A DNA stretch of 64,000 nt from a virus. Its lineage: Duplodnaviria; Heunggongvirae; Uroviricota; Caudoviricetes. Both the position numbers and the translations under genes were made by a program. Below, piece after piece: positions 10,057 through 19,900 of this stretch (positions are counted from its first letter, which is position 1; the number at the start of each line of letters is the position of its first letter). The notes below the pieces were generated by a model that was not told the DNA's origin, made no database searches, and worked only from the letters and a program-made list of their open reading frames with translations. The stretch lies in IMG/VR virus record IMGVR_UViG_2925891887_000001; one strand, given 5' to 3'.

Positions 10057-10755
10057 ATGGGAATTAAAGCTGATATTCAGAGCTTATCTCCCTCTGCACT
10101 CATTGAGTTGTTCGTACTGGATATGTCGAACACAACTTCAGGGGGGAAGTTATTCTTCCACGCCGGAACAAACGAACTGATGCAACCTGTCGTCTGGCAA
10201 GGAGTGACATACGAGCCGTGGCCAATCAAAGCATCAGGCTTTGACAAAACTGGCCAGGGAACGTTGCCACGTCCAAAAATTCAGGTATCGAACTTTGCCG
10301 GAACCGTCTCTGCGGAAGTTCAGGCGAACGACGATCTTGTTGGCTGCCGCATTATTCGCAAGATGACGCTGGCTCGCTTCCTCGATGCCGTTAATTTTAA
10401 AGACGGCAACCCAACAGCAGATCCAAACCAACATTTCCCGGATGAAATGTGGTTTATCGAACAGAAAACGCTCGAAACTCATCAGGTTGTCGAGTTTGAG
10501 TTGTCCAGTGTGTTCGATTTGATGGGGGTGCAACTGCCGTATCGTCAGATCATTAAAAACACCTGCCCGTGGAAATACCGAGGGCCAGAATGCGGCTATA
10601 CCGGTCCATATTTCGACAAAAATAACCAGCAGACGTCTATGTCTGGTGCTGATTACTGCACAAAACGTTATGACGCCTGTAATGCGCGTCGGAATTATTT
10701 TGCCAACGGAGTGATCCATTTTGGCGGGTTTATTGGAGCTACGCGATATGGGTAA
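10057..10755 (+). CDS. minor tail protein L-like
   Basis: C-terminal cysteine cluster (CPWKYRGPECGY, CTKRYDAC) as in lambda gpL; gene order M-L-K-I-J. Confidence 0.75.
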   Translation: MGIKADIQSLSPSALIELFVLDMSNTTSGGKLFFHAGTNELMQPVVWQGVTYEPWPIKASGFDKTGQGTLPRPKIQVSNFAGTVSAEVQANDDLVGCRIIRKMTLARFLDAVNFKDGNPTADPNQHFPDEMWFIEQKTLETHQVVEFELSSVFDLMGVQLPYRQIIKNTCPWKYRGPECGYTGPYFDKNNQQTSMSGADYCTKRYDACNARRNYFANGVIHFGGFIGATRYG

Positions 10756-11545
10756 TAAAGCAATCCCTGAGCTTGGCTCTGATGTTATGCAGCAAATCTA
10801 TCTCTGCGCCATAAATCGCTACCCTAATGAAGCGTGTGGCTTTCTGGTGAGAACTAATGGCGACAAATATCGCTTTATGGAAGCGCGAAATGTTTCGGAG
10901 AACCCGCAGAACACTTTTGTAATGCACGTTGACGACATTATAGCGGCAGAGGATGCAGGTGACGTAATCGCAATCTGGCATTCACATACTGATGAATCAG
11001 CAGAAGCATCTGATGCCGATCGTGCAGGCTGTGAAGCGACGGAAGTTCCGTGGATGATTCTGGCTATTCGCAAGAATGTTGAGGGAGATGCCCCTTTCCA
11101 TTTTAGCGAGATGAATGTGATCACACCTGATGGTTTCGAAATGCCATACCTGGGTAGACCGTATGTATTTGGCGTATTCGATTGCTGGATGTTGTGTCGG
11201 GACTATTTGAAGCGTGAGTTTAACGTCGAGCTTAACCCGAACGCACACCTGCATATTCCATCGTGGTACACCGGCGATAACGACATTCTCGACCAGAACT
11301 ACCGAAACGAAGGGTTGGTACGGCTTGCGCCTGGAACAGAGCCTCAACGTGGGGACGTCTTCTTTATTCAATACGGGAAAATGCCAGATCACTGCGCGGT
11401 TTATATCGGCGATGGAATGATTCTTCATCACCAGATCGACCGTCTTAGTTGTCGTGCTTATTACGGCGGAATGTATCAGAAACATACGACGCATCACTTG
11501 CGTCACAGAGACTTGCTCAAGGGAGATGAGACGTGTCTGAGTTAG
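10748..11545 (+). CDS. tail assembly protein K-like (MPN/JAB plus NlpC/P60 domains)
   Basis: JAB-type HSHT motif region followed by Cys/His of an NlpC/P60-like domain (DCWMLC); gpK position. Confidence 0.75.
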   Translation: MGNKAIPELGSDVMQQIYLCAINRYPNEACGFLVRTNGDKYRFMEARNVSENPQNTFVMHVDDIIAAEDAGDVIAIWHSHTDESAEASDADRAGCEATEVPWMILAIRKNVEGDAPFHFSEMNVITPDGFEMPYLGRPYVFGVFDCWMLCRDYLKREFNVELNPNAHLHIPSWYTGDNDILDQNYRNEGLVRLAPGTEPQRGDVFFIQYGKMPDHCAVYIGDGMILHHQIDRLSCRAYYGGMYQKHTTHHLRHRDLLKGDETCLS

Positions 11546-12126
11546 TTCATGTGCAGCTTGGCGGACCTATGGCTAAACATTTTGGTCGCCACTGGCATCT
11601 AAAGGTGCGCAATACAAAACAGGCTCTGGATTTAATTGAAGCCAACAAGCCTGGGTTTAAAGCATGGATGAAGCGCAATATCAAAACCTATGACAGTTAC
11701 CACATCCAGATCACCAATAAACAGGGCCACAAGTGGTCTGTTGACGAAAGTGAATATCAGATGATGGGGCAGTCTGACAACATTGCCAAAATCCGCATTA
11801 CACCTGTTCCGCGAGGAAGCGGTGGATCTGCTTTTGGGTGGTTTCAGACGGTAGTAGGGGCCGCTTTGTTGGTTGTATCGGCGGTAGTGATGCCTGCTTT
11901 AGCACCTCTCGGTTTGTCACTGATGATGGGCGGCATATCACAAATCATATCGCCGCAAGCCACTAACGAAAGTGTGAGACAGGCAGATAACTCGAACTCT
12001 TATTATTTCGACGGCCCTCAAAATACAGAAAACCAGGGCAACCCAGTACAACTTATCTATGGCGAGGAAATTCTGGTTGGCTCACAGGTTGTGAGTTCTT
12101 CAATCACGATTGACCAGCTAATGTAA
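11533..12126 (+). CDS. tail assembly protein I-like
   Basis: GTG start after GGGAG; hydrophobic C-terminal segment; gpI position between K and J. Confidence 0.6.
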   Translation: MSELVHVQLGGPMAKHFGRHWHLKVRNTKQALDLIEANKPGFKAWMKRNIKTYDSYHIQITNKQGHKWSVDESEYQMMGQSDNIAKIRITPVPRGSGGSAFGWFQTVVGAALLVVSAVVMPALAPLGLSLMMGGISQIISPQATNESVRQADNSNSYYFDGPQNTENQGNPVQLIYGEEILVGSQVVSSSITIDQLM

Positions 12127-12143
12127 ACAAGGATTTTTTGAAC

Positions 12144-15100
12144 ATGGAACAGTTCAAGAAGAAAAAGCTACCGCTGTTTATTGCCGGTGCGGGTGGTAAA
12201 AAAAGCAGCAAAAGCTCTAGTCGTACACCGGTTGAAGCCGACGATACCGTAAATTCTCGTGCAATGGCCGCTATCCTCGATCTTCTTGGGGAAGGGGTAA
12301 TTGGCGGCTTAGTAAATGGCGCAAGATCTATTTTTATCGACGATCTGCCGATTGTAAATGAAGACGGTTCCTCCAACTTCAGCGGAATCACATGGGATTT
12401 TCGCGACGGTTCACAAGACCAGACTCCAATGTCTGGCTTTGATTTCGTTGAAACGCCTAAATCCGTCAATATCCAGTTAAAAAAAACACATTATGTAACG
12501 GTTTCAATCGATAACGATGAAGCTGATCGGGTTCGTGTCATCATGAAGTTTCCTTCTTTGCGAAGCATAGATAAAAAAACTGGTGACACGAACGGTACGA
12601 CTGTTGAGTACAAGTTCCAGATAGCAAATGGCGACTCAACATTTGTAGATGTGGTCGCGGAAGGTGAAAAAAGCGTTGGCATTAAGCTAACAGCAAAGAA
12701 GACCGGCGTTTATTACCGTAGCTACGAGCTGAAGCTGCCTAAGCCTGGACGCGCATACAAGGTTCGTGTAGTCCGTATTACCGATGATAACAGTAGCCAG
12801 TATCTCTATAACGATACATGGGTGGATTCAATCGGGGAAATTGTCGATACACCGATGAACTATCCAAACTCTGTTTTGGTTGGATTGAAGGTAAACTCTG
12901 AGCAATTCGGCAGCACCATGCCATCTCGCTCTTATCTGGTGCGTGGCCTAAAAATTCGAGTACCTTCAAACTATAACGAGTCCAGTAACACTTACGCTGG
13001 GGTATGGGATGGCACTTTTAAGCTGTTGTCTTCTTCGAACCCCGCGTGGATTCTCTTTGATTTGCTGACCAATGCTCGATATGGCCTTGGTCAGTATGTG
13101 TCGGAATCTATGATTGACCTTGGCCAGTTGTACCAGATTGGTCGATATTGTGACGAAGAGGTCGATGATGGCTTTGGTGGCAAAGAGAAACGCTTTGCAA
13201 TCAATACGCAGATCACCAGTCGACAGGACGCATACCGGCTAATTCAGGATATTGCCGGAGCATTCCGCGGCATGGTGTTTTGGGCTGGTGGGATGGTTAA
13301 CATCATGCAGGATAGCCCATCAGATCCGGTAATGATGTTTACCAACTCTAACGTCAAAGATGGATTGTTTACCTATAAAGGTTCTGCGCGTAAAGATCGC
13401 CCATCCGTTGCGCTCGTAACCTACAACAACAAGGAGGACGGTTATAAGCAAAACATCGAGTACGTCGAAGATCAGGACGCAATGCGCCGTTATGGTGAGC
13501 GTAAAACAGAAGTCGTAGCATTTGGCTGTACAAGCCGAGGGCAGGCTCACCGAGTTGGTTTGTGGCTTTTATATACCGCCAGAATGGAGTCGGATGTAAT
13601 TACATTTACTGCCGGCTTAGACGCGTCATTTCTGATGCCTGGTGAAACCGTTCTGATTCAGAACAAATATCGCGCAGGCAAACGTAACTCAGGTCGAATT
13701 GTGGCGTTTACCAAAAACAGCGTCACACTCGATGCGCCTGTGTCGTTAGCCAAAGGCGGCTGCTTTATTCGAATACTGAATCAGGAAGGCAAAATCGTTG
13801 AACGCGATGTTCTTGAAACTGGCGAAAATATAACAAAAGTTACGTTTTCAAAAGCCCTGTCTTCGGCTGAAACGCCTGTTTTGAACGGCGTCTGGACTAT
13901 TACAGAACCAGACCTCGAACCTATGCGCGTTCGCATCGTTAACATCGCGCAGGGGGAAACGCCGGGTAGCTTTGACATCACCGCTGTTGAGAACAATCCG
14001 TCTAAATATGAGGCAATCGACAATGGTGCAACGCTGATCCCACAGAATACGACGGTATTGGACCCAACTTACTCCAAGCCATCTAATCTGCAAATCACTG
14101 AAGGGACTTATCTCTCAAGCCCGGGCAACCTGTCAGTAAAACTGACTGCAACATGGGAAGGGAAATCTCCAGAGTATTGGATCAGTTGGCGACGTTCTGA
14201 TGAAAACAATGTATCGAACTGGCAATCGGCGCGTGTAACCGAAGAGCAATACGAAATCGTTAATGTCGCGGAGAATGGACGCTACGACTTCCAGCTGTAT
14301 GCGGTTTCATTCAACGGTAAAAAAACAGAGATTATCAGTACCGTTTATCAGGTGTTGGGCACAATGACACCGCCGGATGCCCCAACGTCATTAACGGCCG
14401 TTGGAGACTATCGTAATGTGATACTGAATTGGGTTAATCCAGATTCGGTAGACCTTGATCACATTAATGTTTACGCATCCCAGACCAACAATCTGGATAC
14501 GGCGAAACTGATCGCAGAGTCTGCAAGCACCACCTTTACACATGCTGGTCTTGGGGATAGCGAAACGTGGTATTACTGGGTTCGAGCATCGAACAAGCGA
14601 GGTATGTTAAGTCCTCCGAACTCAAACTTGGGTACAGAGGCGACAACTCGCGATGTACTGTCGTTCCTGACTGGCAAAATTACATCTTCCGAGCTTGGTC
14701 AGGCTCTGCTTGAGGACATCAACAGCAAAGCCTCTCAAGAAGCAGTTGACGAGTTAAATGAGCATATCAACCAGAGCGTCGAATCTTTGGAGGGGGCGGT
14801 AAACGACGTTAAGGAAGATATAGCTGAATTAGATAAGCAGTTCAGCGATAACCTCGCGGATTTTGAAATAAAATTCAACGAGCGTAGCGATGCTTTGGAG
14901 AACGCACAAACCGAGCTTAAAGGTGAGGTTTCGGCAACGATCGACAAGGTCAATGAAGCGTTTGAAAAAATTGATGCTACTGATGCTGCAATTGTTGAAA
15001 TCGAAAACACCGTATCTGAACACGATAAAGCTCTCGCTAATACAGTCGAGGCAATAAAGGCTGCAAGAGATGAAGCGGCGGCTCTTATTGCTAAGGAAAG

Positions 15101-16871
15101 CGAGGCTCGTGTTGAAGGCGATGCTGCAAACGCTAAACAACTGGAAGTGTTGCAGTCAACGGTAGAGGAAAGCTCCGCTGCCGTTGAAGAAATGAAAAAG
15201 ACGGTTGCAGAGGTCGATCGTGCCAGTGCAGAACTGACTACGAACATTGAAGCGTTAGCTAAAACAAATATTGACCTGGCTCTTCGTCAAGATGAAGACC
15301 AGCACAAGCAGATGGTCAATAACGCGAAGATCGCAACAACACAGAAAACCTTTGCTGATGATATGTCCGCAATGGCCACGAAGGTTGAGGAAATTCGCGT
15401 AGAAATTGGCGAAGACATTAAGGCCAGTATTCTGGAAGAGTCCACCGCTCGTGCCGATGGCGATGAAGCGTTGGCAAAGCGTGTCACTCAGCTGCAATCT
15501 AAGTTTGAAGGAGATATCAGCGCGGCGATTAGTACAGAGCAGGAGGCTCGTACATCTGCCGATGAAGCTCTGACGACACAAATCACTCAGCTTGAGTCGA
15601 AAGTAAGCAACGATATCGTCGCAGCTATTAAGGAAGAGCAAGAAGCCCGAGCAACGGAAGATTCGGCTCTGGCAAGCCAGATCACCCAACTTCAGGCAAA
15701 AGTTGATGATGATATTTCTGCTGCAATACGCAGTGAGCAGGAGGCCCGAGCAAGCGGGGACTCTGCGTTAGCCAAACAAATAAACCAGCTTCAGTCAAAG
15801 GTTGACGGTGATATATCCGCTGCCATCACTCAGGAGCAGGAGGCCAGAGCAAGTGCTGACCAGGCGCTCTCACGAGAAATTAACAGCCTGCGAGCACAAA
15901 CCGGAACTGATATTGCCGCAGCGGTTGCTGTAGAGACAAAAGCAAGGACTGATGCCGATAGTGCATTGTCTACCCAGATTACGTCTCTTACAGCAAAAGC
16001 TAATGATCTCAAGGCGTCTCTTGCCAGAGAAACAACGGCTCGTGCAGATGGTGATACCGCTTTAACAAAAGAGGTTTCAAGTTTAAAAGCACAGACAGCG
16101 AAAGATATTAGTGCGGCCGTTGCAGTTGAAACGCAGGCTCGAACTGATGCTGACTCGGCGTTGTCGTCTCAGATCACCAAGCTGACCTCTCAATACAAAG
16201 AGGATATTAAAGCGGCTGTAGCAACCGAAACGAAAACGCGTACAGAGCAAGATGCTGCATTGGCGACTCAAATCACAAACTTAGAGTCTCAAACGGCAGC
16301 CAACATTTCCGCGGCGGTCACAACTGAAACGAAAGCGAGAACGCAGGCAGATAATGCTCTGAGTGGGCGAATCGATACTCTGAAAGCAGAGGTGAATGGA
16401 AATACCGCGACAATTCAACAGCAGGCAACAGCTATTGCTGATACCAACAAAAAAGTGTCAACCGCGTGGACGTTGAAAATGGAGACTTCAACGAGCGGAG
16501 GGCAGAAGTATGTTGCCGGTATTGCGCTTGGTATTGACACCACTGGGCTATCTCAGTTTTTGGTTCAGGCGGACAGGTTTGGTTTGGTCAACTCTGTTAA
16601 CGGGAAGATCACAACGCCATTTGTTATCGAAAACAGTATCGCCTATATGAATGGAGCGTATATCAAGGATGGCACAATCACCAATGCAAAAGTAGGCGAT
16701 CTGCAATCTACCAATTTTGTTAGCGGTAGATCTGGATGGCGGTTCGGCAAAAATGGAACGCTTGAGATCAACGGTAATAGCGGCGGCAATGGGCGATTGG
16801 TTATAAATGGTCAGCGGATTGACGTTTATGACGATAACAACGTCCTACGAGTAAGAATTGGCCGTCTGTGA
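12144..16871 (+). CDS. tail tip/host specificity protein J-like with long coiled-coil repeat shaft
   Basis: about 1575 aa; N-terminal region with gpJ-like features, then about 12 in-frame 31-32 aa repeats, C-terminal distal domain. Confidence 0.8.
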   Translation: MEQFKKKKLPLFIAGAGGKKSSKSSSRTPVEADDTVNSRAMAAILDLLGEGVIGGLVNGARSIFIDDLPIVNEDGSSNFSGITWDFRDGSQDQTPMSGFDFVETPKSVNIQLKKTHYVTVSIDNDEADRVRVIMKFPSLRSIDKKTGDTNGTTVEYKFQIANGDSTFVDVVAEGEKSVGIKLTAKKTGVYYRSYELKLPKPGRAYKVRVVRITDDNSSQYLYNDTWVDSIGEIVDTPMNYPNSVLVGLKVNSEQFGSTMPSRSYLVRGLKIRVPSNYNESSNTYAGVWDGTFKLLSSSNPAWILFDLLTNARYGLGQYVSESMIDLGQLYQIGRYCDEEVDDGFGGKEKRFAINTQITSRQDAYRLIQDIAGAFRGMVFWAGGMVNIMQDSPSDPVMMFTNSNVKDGLFTYKGSARKDRPSVALVTYNNKEDGYKQNIEYVEDQDAMRRYGERKTEVVAFGCTSRGQAHRVGLWLLYTARMESDVITFTAGLDASFLMPGETVLIQNKYRAGKRNSGRIVAFTKNSVTLDAPVSLAKGGCFIRILNQEGKIVERDVLETGENITKVTFSKALSSAETPVLNGVWTITEPDLEPMRVRIVNIAQGETPGSFDITAVENNPSKYEAIDNGATLIPQNTTVLDPTYSKPSNLQITEGTYLSSPGNLSVKLTATWEGKSPEYWISWRRSDENNVSNWQSARVTEEQYEIVNVAENGRYDFQLYAVSFNGKKTEIISTVYQVLGTMTPPDAPTSLTAVGDYRNVILNWVNPDSVDLDHINVYASQTNNLDTAKLIAESASTTFTHAGLGDSETWYYWVRASNKRGMLSPPNSNLGTEATTRDVLSFLTGKITSSELGQALLEDINSKASQEAVDELNEHINQSVESLEGAVNDVKEDIAELDKQFSDNLADFEIKFNERSDALENAQTELKGEVSATIDKVNEAFEKIDATDAAIVEIENTVSEHDKALANTVEAIKAARDEAAALIAKESEARVEGDAANAKQLEVLQSTVEESSAAVEEMKKTVAEVDRASAELTTNIEALAKTNIDLALRQDEDQHKQMVNNAKIATTQKTFADDMSAMATKVEEIRVEIGEDIKASILEESTARADGDEALAKRVTQLQSKFEGDISAAISTEQEARTSADEALTTQITQLESKVSNDIVAAIKEEQEARATEDSALASQITQLQAKVDDDISAAIRSEQEARASGDSALAKQINQLQSKVDGDISAAITQEQEARASADQALSREINSLRAQTGTDIAAAVAVETKARTDADSALSTQITSLTAKANDLKASLARETTARADGDTALTKEVSSLKAQTAKDISAAVAVETQARTDADSALSSQITKLTSQYKEDIKAAVATETKTRTEQDAALATQITNLESQTAANISAAVTTETKARTQADNALSGRIDTLKAEVNGNTATIQQQATAIADTNKKVSTAWTLKMETSTSGGQKYVAGIALGIDTTGLSQFLVQADRFGLVNSVNGKITTPFVIENSIAYMNGAYIKDGTITNAKVGDLQSTNFVSGRSGWRFGKNGTLEINGNSGGNGRLVINGQRIDVYDDNNVLRVRIGRL
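15440..16390 (+). repeat. in-frame tandem repeat region (about 12 x 31-32 aa units, EQEAR..D.AL..QI.QL.SKV..DISAAI) within the J-like gene
   Basis: Periodic repeat visible in the translation; nucleotide copies are diverged. Confidence 0.6.
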
Positions 16872-16964
16872 TGGTGGAAAAAAAATTTTATATCGGTAAA
16901 AATAGGTAGGTATATACTTAATGGCGGGCAAGGATAGCCCGCCAAATCAAGGAGCATATTCAAC

Positions 16965-19900
16965 ATGTGGTACAGGGAAGGTACTATCACATTTACACAG
17001 GGCAGCAATACTCTGGTTGGGGCAGGGACAGCCTGGAACGTAACAGCTAATGGTGTGTTGCCGGGGATGATCGTCATTGGCCCCGACAATAAGCTGTATG
17101 AGATCAAGCGCGTAACCAGTGATACGAACATTGTTCTCTCAGAACCTTATACCGGCGAAACTCAGTCTGAAGTTCCGTGCCGAATCATTACGACCTATGA
17201 AGGCGACTTAACACAGTTTAGCGCGCGCTTTACTGCGCTAATGTCGCGTATGTCGGCTGATTCCAAGTCCATACGCAGTTGGTTGACTGCGCTGGATGAG
17301 GTGACAATCGAGCGTGAAGACGGTACAGAAGTGACCGTTAAGCCGCTAATGCAGATCGTCAACGAGCACAACGAAAACGTTGAGTGGTATAAAAATAACA
17401 CTGACGCGATTGATGCTGCTGGCGACAAAGCTCGTGAGGCGGCGGCCAGTGCTGCCGCAGCAGCAAAAAGCGCCAATGCCGCTGGAGAAAAAGCCTCTCA
17501 AGCGTCTCAAAGTGCATCCGCTGCGGCATCCTCACAAAGTGCCGCAAGTGCGAGTGCAACTGCTGCGAAAAAATCTGAAACGAATGCTGCAGCGTCACAA
17601 AAATCTGCAGCCACTTCTGCATCCACCGCGACCACGAAGGCGTCAGAAGCTGCCACCTCAGCCCGGGATGCGGCGGCCTCAAAAGAGGCAGCGAAATCAT
17701 CAGAAACGAGCGCAGCCTCGAGCGCCAGTAATGCCGCTTCCTCGGCAACGGCGGCAGGAAATTCCGCGAAGGCGGCAAAAACGTCCGAGACGAACGCCAG
17801 GTCTTCTGAAACGGCAGCGGGACAGAGCGCCTCGGCTGCGGCAGGCTCAAAAACAGCGGCTGCGTCGTCTGCCAGTGCCGCGTCAACAAGTGCCGGGCAG
17901 GCCTCAGCCAGTGCCACCGCCGCCGGAAAATCGGCAGAAAGTGCCGCATCGTCTGCTTCAACTGCCACAACGAAGGCTGGCCAAGCCACTGAACAGGCCA
18001 GCGCAGCAGCGAGGTCTGCTTCCGCAGCGAAGACATCCGAAACGAACGCGAAAGCGTCGGAAACCCGTGCAGAATCCTCAAAAACGGCAGCCGCATCGTC
18101 CGCCAGTTCGGCGGCGTCATCGGCATCATCGGCGTCTGCTTCAAAAGATGAGGCGACCAGACAGGCGTCAGCAGCGAAGGGCAGCGCCACGACGGCATCC
18201 ACGAAAGCAACAGAGGCGGCAGGCAGTGCGACGGCAGCATCTCAGAGCAAAACTGCTGCTGAATCCGCTGCGACCCGTGCGGAAGCTGCTGCTGATCGTG
18301 CTGAAGAGATTGCCGGTGCAGTTGCGATGGAAGACGCAAGCCTTACAACTAAAGGTGTTGTGAAACTTAGCAGTGCTGTCGACAGCACCAGTGAATCGCT
18401 GGCCGCAACGCCAAAAGCAGTTAAAGCAGCCAATGACAATGCGAATAGCAGGGTGCCATCTAACCGAAAAGTTAACGGTAAAGCACTGACTGCGGATATC
18501 AAATTAACGCCGAAAGATATTGGTACTTTAAATTCAGTAACGATGTCTTTCTCTGGCGGGGCAGGGTGGTTCAAACTGGCTACGGTTACCATGCCACAAG
18601 CGAGTTCCATCGTTTACATCGCATTGATTGGTGGCGCTGGTTACAACGTCGGCTCCCCACATCAGGCAGGCATTTCAGAACTGGTTCTACGAGCAGGCAA
18701 TGGAAACCCCAAAGGGATTACAGGTGCTTTGTGGAAGCGTACAGCTGTCGGATTAACGAATTTCGCCTGGATCAACACATCCGGCGATACATATGATATT
18801 TACGTTGAGATTGGCAATTATGCGACTCGTGTAAATATCCATTGGGATTGTACTGCAAATGCGACAGTTTCTATTTATACCTCGCCAACATATTCAGCGA
18901 GTAAGCCTTCCAGCGTTACCGATGGTGTTGTTTATACGATGTATAGCACACATCAGAAACCGACGCCGTTAGATATTGGAGCACTGCCAACAACCGGAGG
19001 AACAGTTTCAGGTCCGTTGTCTGTTACAGGTGGATTAACTGGTTCATTGAATGGTAATGCAAGTACAGCCACGAAATTGCAGACGGCAAGATCTATCGGT
19101 GGAGTTGTTTTCGACGGTTCTGCAAATATTAACCTTCCAGGTGTAAACACTACGGGTAATCAGAACACCACTGGTAATGCTGCAACTGCTACAAAACTTC
19201 AGACTGCAAGAAAAATATCCGGTGTTCCATTTGATGGTTCTACTGATATCACTTTAACCGCTGCGCATGTTGCCGCTTTCGCAAGAAGGGCAACAGGGTC
19301 ATATGCGGATGCTGATGGTGGCGTGCCGTGGAATGCTGAATCTGGTGCTTACAATGTAACTAGAACAGGCGACACCTATATTCTTGCCAACTTTTATACC
19401 GGTGTAGGTAGTTGCCGGACCCTGCAGATGAAGGCGCATTACAGAAATGGAGGTCTGTTCTACCGTTCCTCAAGAGATGGCTATGGTTTTGAAAGTGGTT
19501 GGGAGCAGGTTTACACGACTGGATTTATGCCTCAGCCGGCTGATATAAACGCGCCAACCGCTGCCGCTGGATGGTTAAATAGTGGTAACGGAACGGCATT
19601 TACGACTGCTCAATTTATAACTTGGCTAAATAATCAGGGGGCATTTACAAACAAACATTGGATCGCACGGTGCTCATGGACTTACGCCAACAATAATTAT
19701 ATAGACGACACTGGTTGCGGTAGGATCGATCTATCTGGTTCCGTGATTGAGGTGTTTAGTAATAAGGCAACAAGCCACTACACTATTCGTGTTACAACGA
19801 CAACAACATCGGGTCATGGTGGTGTTAACAATGCGGAATTTATTTATGTGTACAATGGAAGTGATTATGCACCAGGCTGGCGTCGTTCTTATAACACTAG

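Noticed and set aside
17359-18363. Three long overlapping ORFs (17359..18339 minus, 17380..18363 plus, 17507..18202 minus) with Pro/Arg/Gln-rich or Ala-rich translations
   Set aside because: They lie entirely within the GC-rich, Ala/Ser-codon-repetitive segment of the tail fibre gene; low-complexity sequence keeps alternative frames open by chance. The in-frame fibre ORF is continuous and has a strong RBS.
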